A stretch of 64,000 bases of DNA, from contig CAJINV010000014.1 in assembly GCA_905178155.1 (NCBI GenBank), positions 124,001-188,000 of the forward strand, in the 5' to 3' direction. The notes under the pieces are model-generated. The model was not told the origin of the DNA. It worked only from the letters and a program-made list of their open reading frames with translations, and did no database searches. The DNA comes from Amoebophrya sp. A120 (Eukaryota; Protista; Dinoflagellata). Every line of letters begins with the position of its first letter. Position 1 is the stretch's first letter. Of this stretch, positions 12,301 to 23,119 are shown piece after piece. The position numbers were made by a program, and so were the translations under genes.

Positions 12301-15300
12301 CCCAGAGTTGTCTGTCATGCAATTCTGCACGCCAAAAAAGTTTCTCATGCGGAGCCCTATGAGAAGCATTGCCCATTCGTGTTTTGGAATTTGTGATGCT
12401 AGAATCAGCACGCTATGCTTGATCTGTGATGCTTGTGAACTAGCTAAACAGGATTACACTACGAGGACAGATTTGTCATGCCAGACAACCAAGGCTGGCT
12501 GATTTGTCTAGGAGATTTCCCATCTTGACCCTGGTGTGGGGACGTTTTTAATCAAGATACACCGCGCCGCTATCGTCAGGCTTTGCCTCAACCCGCCACC
12601 AGTTCAGCGTGCTGACGCCATCACTTATGGAAGCGCCAGGATTGAAATCGTCAAAGTTGAAATGATTTGTCATGCATAAAATGGATGCCAGTTGGAACCC
12701 AGTTTTCAAGTGGCGCATGACAAATTTTGGTGGTCCCTGAATCCAGTTTGTCATGCTGTTTAGGCAAAGAAGACTGATTGTCTCATGCTACTTTAGCAGC
12801 TCGATCTCTAACCCCAAACAGACTCACAATCGGCCCCACTTGCCTGCTCTGCAACACACGCACCTCGGGCCATGCATTTTATGCATTACAAATTATTTCA
12901 ACTTTGACGATTTCAAACCTGACGCTCCCATATCACTAGTTTCTTGCGTAAAAACGCAGGTCAAGTGATCTTCGGCTGTGTATCAAATGTAGTAAAAGTG
13001 TCTGGGTCTGGAAGGTGGTAACTTGTGATGCTGTCTCTGGATTCCAAAAAAATCTGTGTTGCATGACTAGCAAAAGGACTCCAGTTATTTGTGCTACACG
13101 GGGAGGGCTTCTGTCATGCGGAATAAGCATCAGGAAGCCTTCTAAAAATCTGGGATGCTAGGGCATGCATCACAGGCGTTATTGGTCATGATGCAAAACA
13201 TGCATGACAAGCCTGGCAATCTTCCAGACCCAGACACTTTTACATTTCATACTGTGTACTCCGTCGACATTCCGATTTCATACTCGAGGACTTTCTCCTA
13301 TGGAAACGTCAGGATTGAAATCGTCAATGTTGAAATAATAGTTTGCCATGCATAAAATGCAGCCCACACAGTGCCTCTCTTGGAGAGTAGGCAAGTGAGG
13401 CAGATTGTAAGTCTGTTGAGGGGCAGAAACTGAGCTGCTAAAGTAGCATCACAAAGGGCGCCTTCCTTACCCAAACAGCATGACAGACTGGGTTTCGGCT
13501 CTATCCAAATTTGTCATGCGCCACTTGGAAACTGGGTCACACTCACAACTTTCATCCATTTTATGCATTGCAAGTTATTTCAACTTTGTCGACTTCAATC
13601 CTGACACTTCCATATCTCCGCCGTGTTTGACGATCCCGCAGCTTCCGCCGTGTTTATCTGGGCAGCAGCAAGATTGGCCTTTGGAATTCGAATATCCTGC
13701 GCAAAGGTAGTAGTACCGGCGCAGTCCTCGCCCTTTCTTCTTGATGTAACAACAACAAGAGCTCCGCATTTACAAATTTGTCAAGATGATCCTGAACGAA
13801 CATATTCAAATAAAACTCTGAGTTTTATTATTATTCCTGATGCAATCACTACTACGCAAGTGTATTTACAGCTTTTGCAATGCATATCGAATTCTGAATT
13901 GCAAAAATGTCTGGGTCTGGAAGATTGCGAGATTTGTCATGCTTGTCTGGCATGACCAAAAAGTTTGTGATGCGTGTCGAAGAAGAGACCCTTTTGCCTG
14001 TGATGCAAAAACGCAGTTTGTCATGCGAAAAACGCAACACAAAGAAGCGCAGATATTTATTTCTCATGCTTGCCTGCGCATTACAGAGCATTCACTATTC
14101 CCAACGCAGCATTACAAGTTTCCAGACCCAGACATTTTTACATTTGATACGAATGTTCCGATAGCTGGGCCCGGCCGCCGGGCTCGACGAGGTGCGCCAG
14201 TCGGTGTCACCTCCCCCGTGCTATGCATTTTTGCAGAAGTATCTTCGCACTTCTATATAGAAATCGTAATCGCATGACGAATTTCCTCAGCATGTTGAAA
14301 ACAAAATTTGTAATTATGCTGGTTTAACATCATTACCTTAAGAATTGGATTTGTCACGCACCATGCCTACGAATACAACTACACCTACTGCGAGTACAAT
14401 AGTACTTTTGCAAGAATGCATACGTGCAGCCCACAGTTGTCCTGCTTCACGTCCTTGCCCGTGTAATACGTCATACCGCTGCACTCGGCTATGGATTGCA
14501 AAAGTGTCTGGGTCTGGAAGAGTCTAAACTTGTCATGCAGGTGGTTTTCCATGCCCCCTGAGGTCTGGAATGCCGCACCTAGCATGACAGAGTATGTGAT
14601 GTCTCTGCCATGCCTATCCCGCATGAGAAACACTCGCCCAACTTGGTCGAAAGTCAAAGTGGACAGCTTTTGGCACTCATCGTTCGTTCGTATGGATCGG
14701 CTCTGCCGACCGGGTGACCCATCGCCTTGCATATAAATGACCGACATAGGCGATCCCCGTTGCGGGACATACATATGGCCGCACGGAAGGGCCCTAAGCG
14801 CTACATACATAGTTCACCCTAGCGCCTACCACTTCGGTCGGGGCACTCATGCAGCACAGATTTTCGCAGCAATCGGGTTTAGCATGACAAGTTGCAAGAA
14901 CCTTCCAGACCCCGACATAATTGCAGTCCATATCGGCGACGTCGGCACAAAACCCGAGGCATTCGTGGAAAGTTTTCAGCCCACCAACGAGATTGCCGCC
15001 CTCCGTGCCGGGCGATGCCTGCAGCCGCGGCGCCTCGCATGTCGTTTCTGGCTGGATCACACAGTCCTCATACAGTTTGTAGTTGAGTGCTGGCGTTCCT
15101 CCACTACCAGCTTGGTGCCCACTCCCGGCAGCGCCATCATCTGTCGTCCACCAATCAGTACTGGCGTAGAAGTTTACGCCGCATATGCTCAAGGTGTTCT
15201 TGTTCGGGGGACCAACTATGTACAAGTACCGGAACGGCCGCTTGGATGTAAGCAGGCTCAGAGTCACTTCGTGCCCTCCTATCGCATTAGAACCGTCCAT

Positions 15301-18240
15301 GCCACCTACAGGTATGTCCGAAGCTAGCTTGACCGCAGAGGTCGCGTCGGCAACGGCCAGCAACACATCCGCCTTGCTGAAGTTATCGTGTGTCCTGAGT
15401 AAAAACGGCCCCACCTCATAGTCAACAACAAGCTGGGGACTTTGCAACACAAACCGAGAAGTTTCGGGGGCCACGCAAGACAAGTTCTGCGCTCCGTAAT
15501 GTACTAGTAGAGGTTAGCAACAAGGACAGCCGCATTTTTACCAATCGAAATCAACCTGCTTATCCACCTGATTACCGCATTTGTATACAAGTTCCAAAAC
15601 ATGAATGGAATTGAATTTGGATATCGATATCATGGGGATGCGCATTTTTACAAATGTTCCTGCAATTGCAAATCTGCGTGACAACTTTGGGGTGTTTCAT
15701 GTACTGGAAAAGTTAATCTACTTAGTAGACAAGAGATTAATACAACTCTGGGGTGTTTATGTACTGGAAAAGACCAACTTAAAACGCAGAGAAACTTCAA
15801 ATTTTCACAAAGGAAAGGGGAGGAGAACAAACTACAACGAGAAGTAGAGGAGCATATTTTATGCGGCCACTGTTTAACAACATTATAAGATAGCTATTGC
15901 GATGCGCGTACGTGCAGGGGCTGGGGACTTCTGCCCTCAGGGGTGGCGACGTTTCTACACAGGATATCGTGATCGACGTAATCTGGATCCAGGACTACGT
16001 AGCCATTCGGCAGTTCTTCTCGGAATCCCTCGTCGTCACGGTTCCAAATCTCCATACGGTCAATCGAATGCTTTTTCCCATCGGCAAACTCCAATCGCCA
16101 CACGCCGCCTGCACCTGTGCTGTCGGTCTGCGTGCACAAATTTGGCCATCCCGTGGGGCCTCCCGCTACGTAGGCCAGTGGCGCGGAAGCTGCCTCAGCG
16201 TCTCCTCCGCTACTCTGCGTTGCTTTCAGTGCTTTTGTATCAACTGCAAAAATGTTCTTTGGGTCTTGATGCTAAAAGTGAATGCGAGTAGTTCCACCGC
16301 AATACGAAGCCAAGCACGTTGACACATTTTTGAGCCCTGTGTGTTGCGTGTCCCGCATGGCAAACTGCGTTTTTGCATGACAGGTAAGGGGACCTCTGCG
16401 TGCCCATGCATCACAGATTCTTGAGTCATGTCAGACAAGCATGACAAATGTAGCAATCTTCCAGACTCTGACCCAGACATCTTTGCATTTGATATGTTGG
16501 GGGAATCAAGATCGACGAGCCTGTCCCTGACCTCTCGTTCGTCTTCGTTCTTGCTCTTTGCTCTTCTTTATCAAGTGCAGAAGTGTGTGGGTCTGGATCT
16601 AGAAGATTGCCAGGCTTGTCATGCATATTTTGCATGGCCCATAAATGTCTGCAATGCATGCCCTAGCATCACAGATTTTTAGACAACTTGCTAATGCCTA
16701 TTCCGCATGAGAAATGCCCTCTCCGCTTCGCACAAACTGGAGTCCTCTTGCTGGTCATGCAATACAAATTTGTTTTGAATCCAGAGACAGCATCACAAGT
16801 TCAGAATCTTGATCTTCCAGACCCAGACATATTTGCATTTGATATTCTTTAGCTTTACCCGACACCGCTTCCTGATGCTCTGCTAGTCCTCCTGTTGATA
16901 TCGCAAGAAAAAACTGTAACAATTTCATTGTGAGCTTGTGATGCATGAAATGAAGCGCAGAACTATTTGTCTTGCTACACCTCCAACGCATTGGATTTTT
17001 AAGCGTGTTTTCCCTTGGGATGCGCGCATGGCAAGTTTTCTGTGTCATGTGTACCAAACTTTTAATGCGGATCTTGCAAAACCATCACAGTGAAACAGTT
17101 TTTTCGTGGGATAGTTGACTTTTGCTCGCTACTGCTTATTGAAGTTTTTCTATAAGAGCGTACAACTCGAACTCCCCTTCTCCGTCATTCATAGGGCCTT
17201 GATCCAGCATGATCGGCAAGAATGCAGGTAGAAGTTTTGCATGAGTGACAAACTCACTACACAAGTAGACTGTAGTGCTGTTTTGGGGCCCGAAAGAACT
17301 TGTCATGTGAATAGTGCTGCCAAGTGACAGACAAGTAGCGGATTTGGCATTTTCCATGACAAATGAGGGGGGGGGCAGGACGAGTTGCGCACTCCCATAT
17401 TCCTTCAGATTTTCCTGGTGTGACGCTTGAGTCGATCTTCGCGATTCCGCCGCATTTTTATGAAAGTGCACAAGCACAACTCGTCCCCCTCTCCCTCATT
17501 TTTCATGCAAAATATCAAACCCAGTTGATCTTGATGCCCTGAGCCACTGTCTGCATCACAAATGTTGGAACAAGCCTAAACAGTTGCACTACACTCAGGG
17601 CATGAAGTTGTCACGCACAACATCCGCCTGTGTTGGTGTTTGTATTACTCTTCATACCATAGTACAAATAAGCGGGAGACGAGGGTGGACAGGGAGGAGC
17701 TCTAGCTTCTTATGGACTTTCATAATCTAGTTGCTCGAGGTTTTTCTTTTGTTCCAATTTCTTTTTCTCGTGGCTGTTGGAAAGAATCAACAAAAGACTT
17801 TTGCTTCGCTGTAGACGTGAGGGCGCGGAGTTGGACTCTTTTCTCTTGTTGTTCCCGTCTAGTTCTTGTTGTACTTTATCGTGTATTATGTTTTCTGGTG
17901 GAAGATGAGCTTCATCATGTTCTCGCGCAGTTGCGAGAGGTGGATCACCAGCGGTCCTCGTGGTCACGCCGCCTCCAGCACCAGCGGTCCTCGTGGTCAC
18001 GCCGCTTCCGGCTCCTGCAGTCTTTTCCGGCGCCGAAACATGCCCCGCGTTGTGGTCACTCTTGGAAACTTTCTTGTTTCTTTGAACCATAGATAAGTGA
18101 CTCCGCGCTGCTGGCGTAGTTGCCAGTCCGGGGCGGCCGCGCCTGGGACGTTGTCTGGATGTTGACACACGGAAGGCGGAGGGAAACAATAATAAAAACG
18201 GGCAAGAACATTTGAAATAAACATTACCAGCCTGCAGCAT
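326..18240 (-). CDS. Gene 1 (3'-partial, multi-exon): large protein with at least 6 F-type-lectin/galactose-binding-like repeats and a PAN/apple-like module
   Basis: Exons rebuilt between 36 TIR introns; larger exons are 326-696, 801-1022, 2573-2762, 7235-7418, 7692-8313, 10775-11234, 12047-12276, 14933-15390, 15967-16237 and 17725-~18240. Motifs include CSHTHG..LPWWRVEF..WNRDGCCPERL, THTHG..LPWW|SVEF..NRDSCCPDRL, NWWRVEF, TWWKAEF and ECLGFCADVA|ECSGMTYY..C. Start codon uncertain (ATG at 18240 or about 18090). Confidence 0.85.
697..800. mobile_element. TIR intron family G
   Basis: tatccac..gtggata; DR tagtt/tattt; frame restored. Confidence 0.85.
1023..1284. mobile_element. TIR intron family A
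   Basis: tatcaaa..tctgggtctgg TIR; DR ttgac; frame restored. Confidence 0.9.
1347..1585. mobile_element. TIR intron family C
   Basis: tatggcgttctcaa TIR; DR ggtgg. Confidence 0.9.
1602..1930. mobile_element. TIR intron family B
   Basis: catggaagcgtcaggatcgaaatc TIR; DR aaggg/agggg. Confidence 0.88.
2062..2347. mobile_element. TIR intron family A
   Basis: DR tttca/cttca; frame restored. Confidence 0.88.
2387..2572. mobile_element. TIR intron family E
   Basis: tatcaca..tgtgata; DR ccgcc. Confidence 0.85.
2963..4939. mobile_element. Insert flanked by a 43-bp direct repeat
   Basis: Repeat at 2920-2962 and 4940-4982, 2 mismatches. Confidence 0.75.
3510..3790. repeat. CTTCTAGAAG palindromic short-unit array
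   Basis: More than 10 copies of ttctagaa. Confidence 0.85.
5130..5387. mobile_element. TIR intron family I
   Basis: tataacccgctcaggtgt..caggttata; DR gacca. Confidence 0.9.
5447..5553. mobile_element. TIR intron family G
   Basis: tatccaggaaaaaa TIR; DR ttcca. Confidence 0.9.
5613..5925. mobile_element. TIR intron family A (diverged)
   Basis: DR tccca/ttcca. Confidence 0.82.
5972..6442. mobile_element. TIR intron family C with a nested E element
   Basis: DR decayed (tctac/ttcat); frame still restored. Confidence 0.75.
6229..6432. mobile_element. Nested TIR element family E
   Basis: tatcacgag..ctcatgata; DR gagtc/gaatc. Confidence 0.85.
6454..6604. mobile_element. TIR intron family D
   Basis: DR cactg. 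Confidence 0.9.
6665..6940. mobile_element. TIR intron family G (long)
   Basis: DR ccacc. Confidence 0.88.
7024..7234. mobile_element. TIR intron family E
   Basis: DR atgat/tcgat. Confidence 0.8.
7419..7691. mobile_element. TIR intron family A
   Basis: DR ctgag/ctgtt; frame restored. Confidence 0.85.
8314..9238. mobile_element. TIR intron family A with a nested solo LTR
   Basis: DR cgtcc. Confidence 0.9.
8498..9155. mobile_element. Solo-LTR-like insertion
   Basis: TG...CA ends, 658 bp, 4-bp target duplication catg; empty site gctggtcatgcaatac seen in another A copy (about 16750). Confidence 0.7.
9310..9563. mobile_element. TIR intron family A
   Basis: DR ctgtc/ctttc. Confidence 0.88.
9599..10205. 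mobile_element. TIR intron family F with a nested E element
   Basis: DR tggat. Confidence 0.8.
9976..10200. mobile_element. Nested TIR element family E
   Basis: DR ttata/tgata, the host element's last 5 bp. Confidence 0.85.
10242..10384. mobile_element. TIR intron family D
   Basis: DR ccaga. Confidence 0.9.
10406..10774. mobile_element. TIR intron family C
   Basis: DR decayed (tttgg/ctcag); frame restored. Confidence 0.82.
10582..10680 (-). mobile_element. Retroposon 3' end with (ATG)n tail
   Basis: Shares ggacacccgc..gcgccacaggtcaaggatc with the copies at 31631 and 44588. Confidence 0.65.
11235..12046. mobile_element. Outlier TIR element (TAC...GTA) lying directly in an exon
   Basis: About 40-bp TIR tactaaggggaaaatttcacaaatacaaa; DR gaagt; removal gives HRDYF|KFGTIP. 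Confidence 0.88.
12277..12559. mobile_element. TIR intron family F
   Basis: tattctgagtaaaaacgtcccc TIR; DR caccg. Confidence 0.88.
12626..12932. mobile_element. TIR intron family B
   Basis: DR tcact. Confidence 0.9.
12981..13251. mobile_element. TIR intron family A
   Basis: DR ctgtg. Confidence 0.9.
13299..13614. mobile_element. TIR intron family B
   Basis: DR tctcc. Confidence 0.9.
13693..13886. mobile_element. TIR intron family D
   Basis: DR tcgaa. Confidence 0.85.
13893..14149. mobile_element. TIR intron family A
   Basis: tct...ata; DR cgaat. Confidence 0.85.
14222..14422. mobile_element. TIR intron family D
   Basis: DR cgtgc. Confidence 0.85.
14489..14932. mobile_element. TIR intron family A
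   Basis: DR tcggc. Confidence 0.9.
14681..14841 (-). mobile_element. Retroposon 3' end with (AACG)n tail
   Basis: Target duplication ggcactcat; empty site seen near 27680. Confidence 0.8.
15391..15966. mobile_element. TIR intron family F (long)
   Basis: tgtcctgag..caggata; DR tcgtg. Confidence 0.82.
16238..16494. mobile_element. TIR intron family A
   Basis: DR ttttg/tgttg. Confidence 0.88.
16569..16844. mobile_element. TIR intron family A
   Basis: DR ttctt. Confidence 0.9.
16899..17113. mobile_element. TIR intron family E
   Basis: DR gttga. Confidence 0.88.
17151..17399. mobile_element. TIR intron family H
   Basis: tataagagcgtacaactc TIR; DR ttttc/ttcct; frame restored. Confidence 0.82.
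17459..17724. mobile_element. TIR intron family H
   Basis: tatgaaagt..actttcata; DR atttt/atcta; frame restored. Confidence 0.78.
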
Positions 18241-19214
18241 CACGAGAAAAAACTGGCTCAGAGGTCTCAAACTACCTTTATTGCAGATGCATGTGGAGCA
18301 TTTTTATGCATCACATCAAAAAAGGAGCGTCTCATAGGAATTTTTAAATTGGGAAAAATCATTGCAACATTTTTACGCGCTGGGACCGAGACAATTTCTT
18401 CTCACGATATGCAGGAAGAGAACGAGCAGAAAACTCAGGGCCACAAACGCGGACCAGCTGCACCTCTTGTCGTGCGGAAAACTTGCCCTATCCTGCAGAA
18501 AAGCACACCTGTACTAGTAGTTGTAACTAGCGCAGGAGACATCAAAGACTGCGAGAATTAGAAGTGAGCTGCTGTTTATTTATCTTGCCACAACAAAAAC
18601 TCGACACTAACGCACTTTTTCGTAAAAACGCGGATGCCTGCTCCTCCAGAATGCACAGGGTCGTGCAGCGCAGCGCTGCTTTCTTCCCCACTAGTGCCAC
18701 TAGGGACGGGCACAAGGCCCCAGCGTGGGGATCTTGTTTGTCATGCTAAACAACCAAAGAGTGATACTCCACTAATAAAACTGAAAAGAAAAAACACAGC
18801 ACTCATTTCATTCAAATTCATGTTCATCCCTATATTCTGATAGATACTATACTAGGGGTGTACTTTTCTGTGGGATATGCCCACTTGTTGGTGTATCGCG
18901 TCCTCCATCTTGTTCTGGAGCTTCTGCGGGTCCCGGATTCTCGTCCGCCTCGTTTCCGCAACATGATCTTCCTGACCATAGTATCTCCAGCGTAGCCCTC
19001 CTGCCACGAGGAGAGGACCGACGACGCAGGCACAGACCCCAGCAAAAAAGTAAAACTTACGGCATGATCGTCGCGAATGCAACGAGCATTTTTAAGTTGG
19101 CGCGGCTCGTCCCGAGCGGTCTTGTTAGATAGTAGATCGCCGTTTTATTTAATACACGATCATGATAGATGATCATAAGCTGGAGCAGGTGGGGTCGTGT
19201 GCAAGAAGAAGCCT

Positions 19215-22200
19215 TTAGGTGGTCTGGTACCTATCGTTCTCACTATGTTGAGCAGCAGCACAAGCTGCAGGAGCAAGCGCTATGTCACTGATTTGAGGAT
19301 CATGATGGAGATGGTATAAGAATTTGACGGCATAAGAAACGCACGAAAGAACCATCACGCGCGTCATCCCGCAGCCGGCACCGCAAGGAACAACAGAAGC
19401 TATCCACCTTTCGCAGAGTGGTGCAAGAATGTCATTTGCTATTGCTCCGCCCGCCGTGTTATCTTCAAATGCAGAAAATATGTCTGGGTCGTCCTCTCGG
19501 TCTGGAAACTTGTGATGCAGGTTGAGAAATAATTCCAGTTGACTGCCAAACATGACAAGCTTTGGAAGTGCTAAAGTCCTCAGGAGGACGAGTGTTGTGT
19601 CTTCTGTTTCTGTATGACAATTAACCTCAGCCCGCCCCCCGTCGTGTAATTCAATTTGTGAAGCATTTTTGACGAATTTGTGAAGAAGAGCCATTTTGAA
19701 AATGGGCCTCCTACAGGTGGGAACCCCCCGAGCTTTTTCCCCTTGCCTTTCGACAACCAAAACGAGGGCGCGATGGCACACAAAGCGCGCGCAGCTTCCC
19801 GACGTGCGTGATATTTCTTCGCTTCCCGCGTCGCGCTTTGTTAGGGTGGTGGCACGCGAGAAGAGCGCGACAGGCGCCAAAGACGGCACTGCCAACGGCA
19901 AGCAGGATGCAGCCTGCAAATAAGCCTTGGATGGGCAGCCGGCTAACAAAAACGACGGCCCCCACTGGTAAACGATGGCCACATCCACACCTCCCACAAA
20001 AAGAAGGGGGCTGGTAGTCCTGTGGATGCAGCTACAGAAACACTCTTGGCGGCCCGAAGGGCCGCGCACCCCCGACCCTTTGTGCGCGATGGTCGCCAGA
20101 AGCCGAAAAGAGACGAGCGAGGCAACGTCGATTGGCTGCAGGTGAATCTTGCGAACGCCGGAACTCGAAGCGAAGTCCCGACAGGTCAAAAAAAAGTCAG
20201 GATATTTTTGAAGAAAGTCAAAAACCAGTCAAATGCAAGTCAAAATTGGCCGTAGCAGTGGGGGAAGCAAAACTTGACTTTTTTTTGACTCTCTTCAAGA
20301 GTTACTTGATTGCCGTCAAAAATTGCTTGATTGCCGTCACAAATTGCTTGATTGCCGTCAAAAATTGCTTGATTGCCGTCAAAAATTGCTTGATTGCCGT
20401 CACAAATTGCTTGATTGCCGTCAAAATATCTTGACCACTACCAAAATATCTTGACCGCCTTCAAGCGTAAGTGCCTGCCCTCAAAGATTGCCGATTTCCC
20501 TCAACATCTGCTAAGCGGCTGCACGTGCCGGCGAATCGCCTGCAGGCGTCCGCATTGAATATCCGCAACCCGCGGTAAGTGCTTCAGGATCGTCTGAAAC
20601 CAAGCTGGACGACCTTCAGGGGCTGACTCAAGGGCGAGGCGGGGCGAGGTGATGTTGCGTCGCAAGACAGCCGCGGACGGCGCGCAGTATTGCGCACGCG
20701 ATTCACTACGGGCCAGCACCAAAACACCAGCGGAGCTACGTTTTAGTGACGCCTGCAATTTCACAAGCAGCGCACTTCGAGCACGAGAAACAGCAGGCAA
20801 GAGCTTCACTTTTTCAAAAAGTGCTTTCTTCAAAAATGCCTCAGGAGGACGAGTGTTGTGTCTTCTGTTTCTGTATGACAATTAACCCTGGCCGTGCCGT
20901 CGTGTAATGCGATTTCGAACTGAATTCAAACTGAATTCAAAATGTAGCAACTTTGAAAAAAACAGAATTCGGAGAGCATGCTGAAATGCATCCTGCGCGG
21001 CCTATCTTGCCACATTTAGAAGCGCAGGGGCCGCACGCCATTGCGCAAGCAACCCCGAGCCTACGCCCCTCATTGTGGCCAGAGAGGCCACCCAAAGTGC
21101 CCCAGACAAAGAGGTCCGGCAGCCGCGCAACATTTTGCACAGATCATTGAAGAGTAGCAAGCATAGCCTCGCAATGCTTGCTGGAGGCGTAAGCGGCTGA
21201 AGGGGGTAGGAAAGAGTAGCATGCTAAAGAACGCAGCACCCCAAAGGACCTGCTCCGACTCAGTCATCCGGCCACGACAAAGACGGCGAATGAGCGAAGC
21301 CCTTGCGGCATTGGCTCCACGCTTCTAGTGCCCATATGCCTCACGGCCAAGGCCTTGCAGTCTGAGCAGAAGCGCTTCAGGGGGGCCGCCGGCTCCCCCC
21401 ACCGGCGCTTCTGCATGAGCAATGCCTCCAACTGCGCACGCCAGAAACGCCGGCGCGCACATGGCAAACATTCCAACATACAACATAGCAGGGCGGCCGG
21501 CCTGAAAAGGATCGGCAACACATGTGGCAACCCCTCAACCCAGCAAGCCTGCCTAGTGGCTGCAGTGTGGCCGGACAAAACACAGCTCACCACACCAAGG
21601 ACGACACAACACGGAATGGCGAAAAGGAGACCTGAATGACATTCAGATAATGGCGCGCGCGGCAGCGCGCGCCCAAAAATTCAAACCCTTCTTCGGGATC
21701 TCTTTCGTAATGCGGAGGCTCACGGACTTCCCCTCCGAAACCGATCCAACCAATTTCGAACTGAATCCGATTTCCATCCGTTTTTCATCCGAAGCCATTT
21801 TCTGACTAGGGAAACGGAATTCGGATGGAAATCGGATGGCATTCGGATCGAAATCGGATTCCGTTCGAAATTGATGGGGCTGCTCCACGAAGCAACGGAT
21901 CTGGTTTGAAATTGGGGAAGGGCTCACGGATTTCGTTCGAATTCGCGGGTCTCCGTTTGAATTCGCGGATTCAGTTTGAATTCGCGGATTTGGTTTGAAT
22001 TTGAAGGCTGGGCCAATCCCTTACCAAAGACAGGTCAGCGGGTATCGCATTGCCCCATGTGGCAAAAACTGGACACAGCTGCCCTGCCCTGCGAGCAGCA
22101 GGCAGCTGTGCTTCGACAGGCACACACTTCAAAAGGGCCGAACCTCTGCAACCCACGAAGAGGAGGGTCGCAAAATGTCCGATCGTGGGACGCCATTTTT

Positions 22201-23119
22201 CGCTGGCTCACAAGAAATCGAACACGGCACAAAATGGCCGGAAATACGATTGCGCGCACGCATTTCCCTTCCCCTATCAACCCGCTCCCCAGGAGAAATC
22301 AGATTCGCCGCATCCCCGGCACGCCCCATGAGAGCGTCTGGCACATGAGGAAGAGCGTCGCAGCAGGCTCAGGCAGGGAGCCTTCAATGCGCCTACTTAG
22401 CACGGTGGGCGAAGCGGGCTCCCTTGACCCTTTGAAGCCGCCCGCTCCATCCGAATCCCGCCCCATTTTCCTCGGGTCTGTACCATATCTGAGCGGGCTA
22501 ACACAGTAGAACTTTAGTTGAGTCCTCAGGAGGACGAGTGTGGTGTCTTCTGTTTCTGTATGACAAAGCGAGCAGCTTCTGCATGACAGAACAGCGAGGC
22601 AGCTTTTGGGTAACATGCGCGACACGCTTGAGAGTCATACTAGCGAAGCATGACCAGCACAGACTGGAAAGATGATCTTTCCAGACCCATACATAAGTAT
22701 TTTTTACAATGCATACGCATACTGCAACCATCTTCGTGAGGCAATTTTGTTGAAAATGTCCTTGTCCTCCGTTTCTTGGAAAGGGTATCAAATGAAAAAA
22801 TGTCTGGGTCTGGAAATTTCCGAGACTTGTCAGGCACGTTTTGCATCAGCCATGATGTCTGTGATGCAAGCCCTAGCATCACAGACTTTCTGAGGGCTCT
22901 GCGATGCCTATTCCGCGTGACAAATGCCCTCTACTCCGCGTAAGTAGCCAAAATTGCATTCCCTTTGCTGCTTATGCAATACAGATTTTTTTGGAATCCA
23001 AATGCAGCATCACATGTCTGCACTCTTCCAGACCCAGACACTTTTGCATTTGATAAAGGGTTCTCTGAAACAATTCTAATTCTGCCTCGGTCGCGCCACG
23101 GAATAGATTTTGATTTCAT
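19215..23119 (-). CDS. Gene 2: hypothetical protein with two TIR introns; ends uncertain
   Basis: Exons 23056-23119, 22716-22785 and 19215-19459 join in frame when each element plus one DR is removed: MKSKSIPWRDRGRIRIVSENP|FQETEDKDIFNKIASRRWLQYA|AGGAIANDILAPLCERW... Confidence 0.6.
19621..20838. mobile_element. Insert flanked by a 43-bp direct repeat
   Basis: Repeat at 19578-19620 and 20839-20881. Confidence 0.7.
20300..20460. repeat. 21-bp tandem repeat
   Basis: (aattgcttgattgccgtcaMa) about 6 copies. Confidence 0.9.
20882..22520. mobile_element. Insert flanked by a 43-46-bp direct repeat
   Basis: Third repeat copy at 22521-22566; starts ttaacc..cgtcgtgtaat like the 19621 insert. Confidence 0.7.
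22786..23055. mobile_element. TIR intron family A
   Basis: DR aaggg. Confidence 0.9.

Larger units (their letters stand above)
19460..22715. mobile_element. TIR intron family A with two tandem inserts
   Basis: DR cgtgt/cgcat; frame restored. Confidence 0.8.

Noticed and set aside
18852-19082. Possible terminal exon with a hydrophobic stretch
   Set aside because: No supportable junction to gene 2, and two competing frames.
19460-20189. N-terminal part of the 324-aa ORF 19215-20189
   Set aside because: Reads through an introner and its insert; only 19215-19459 joins upstream exons in frame.
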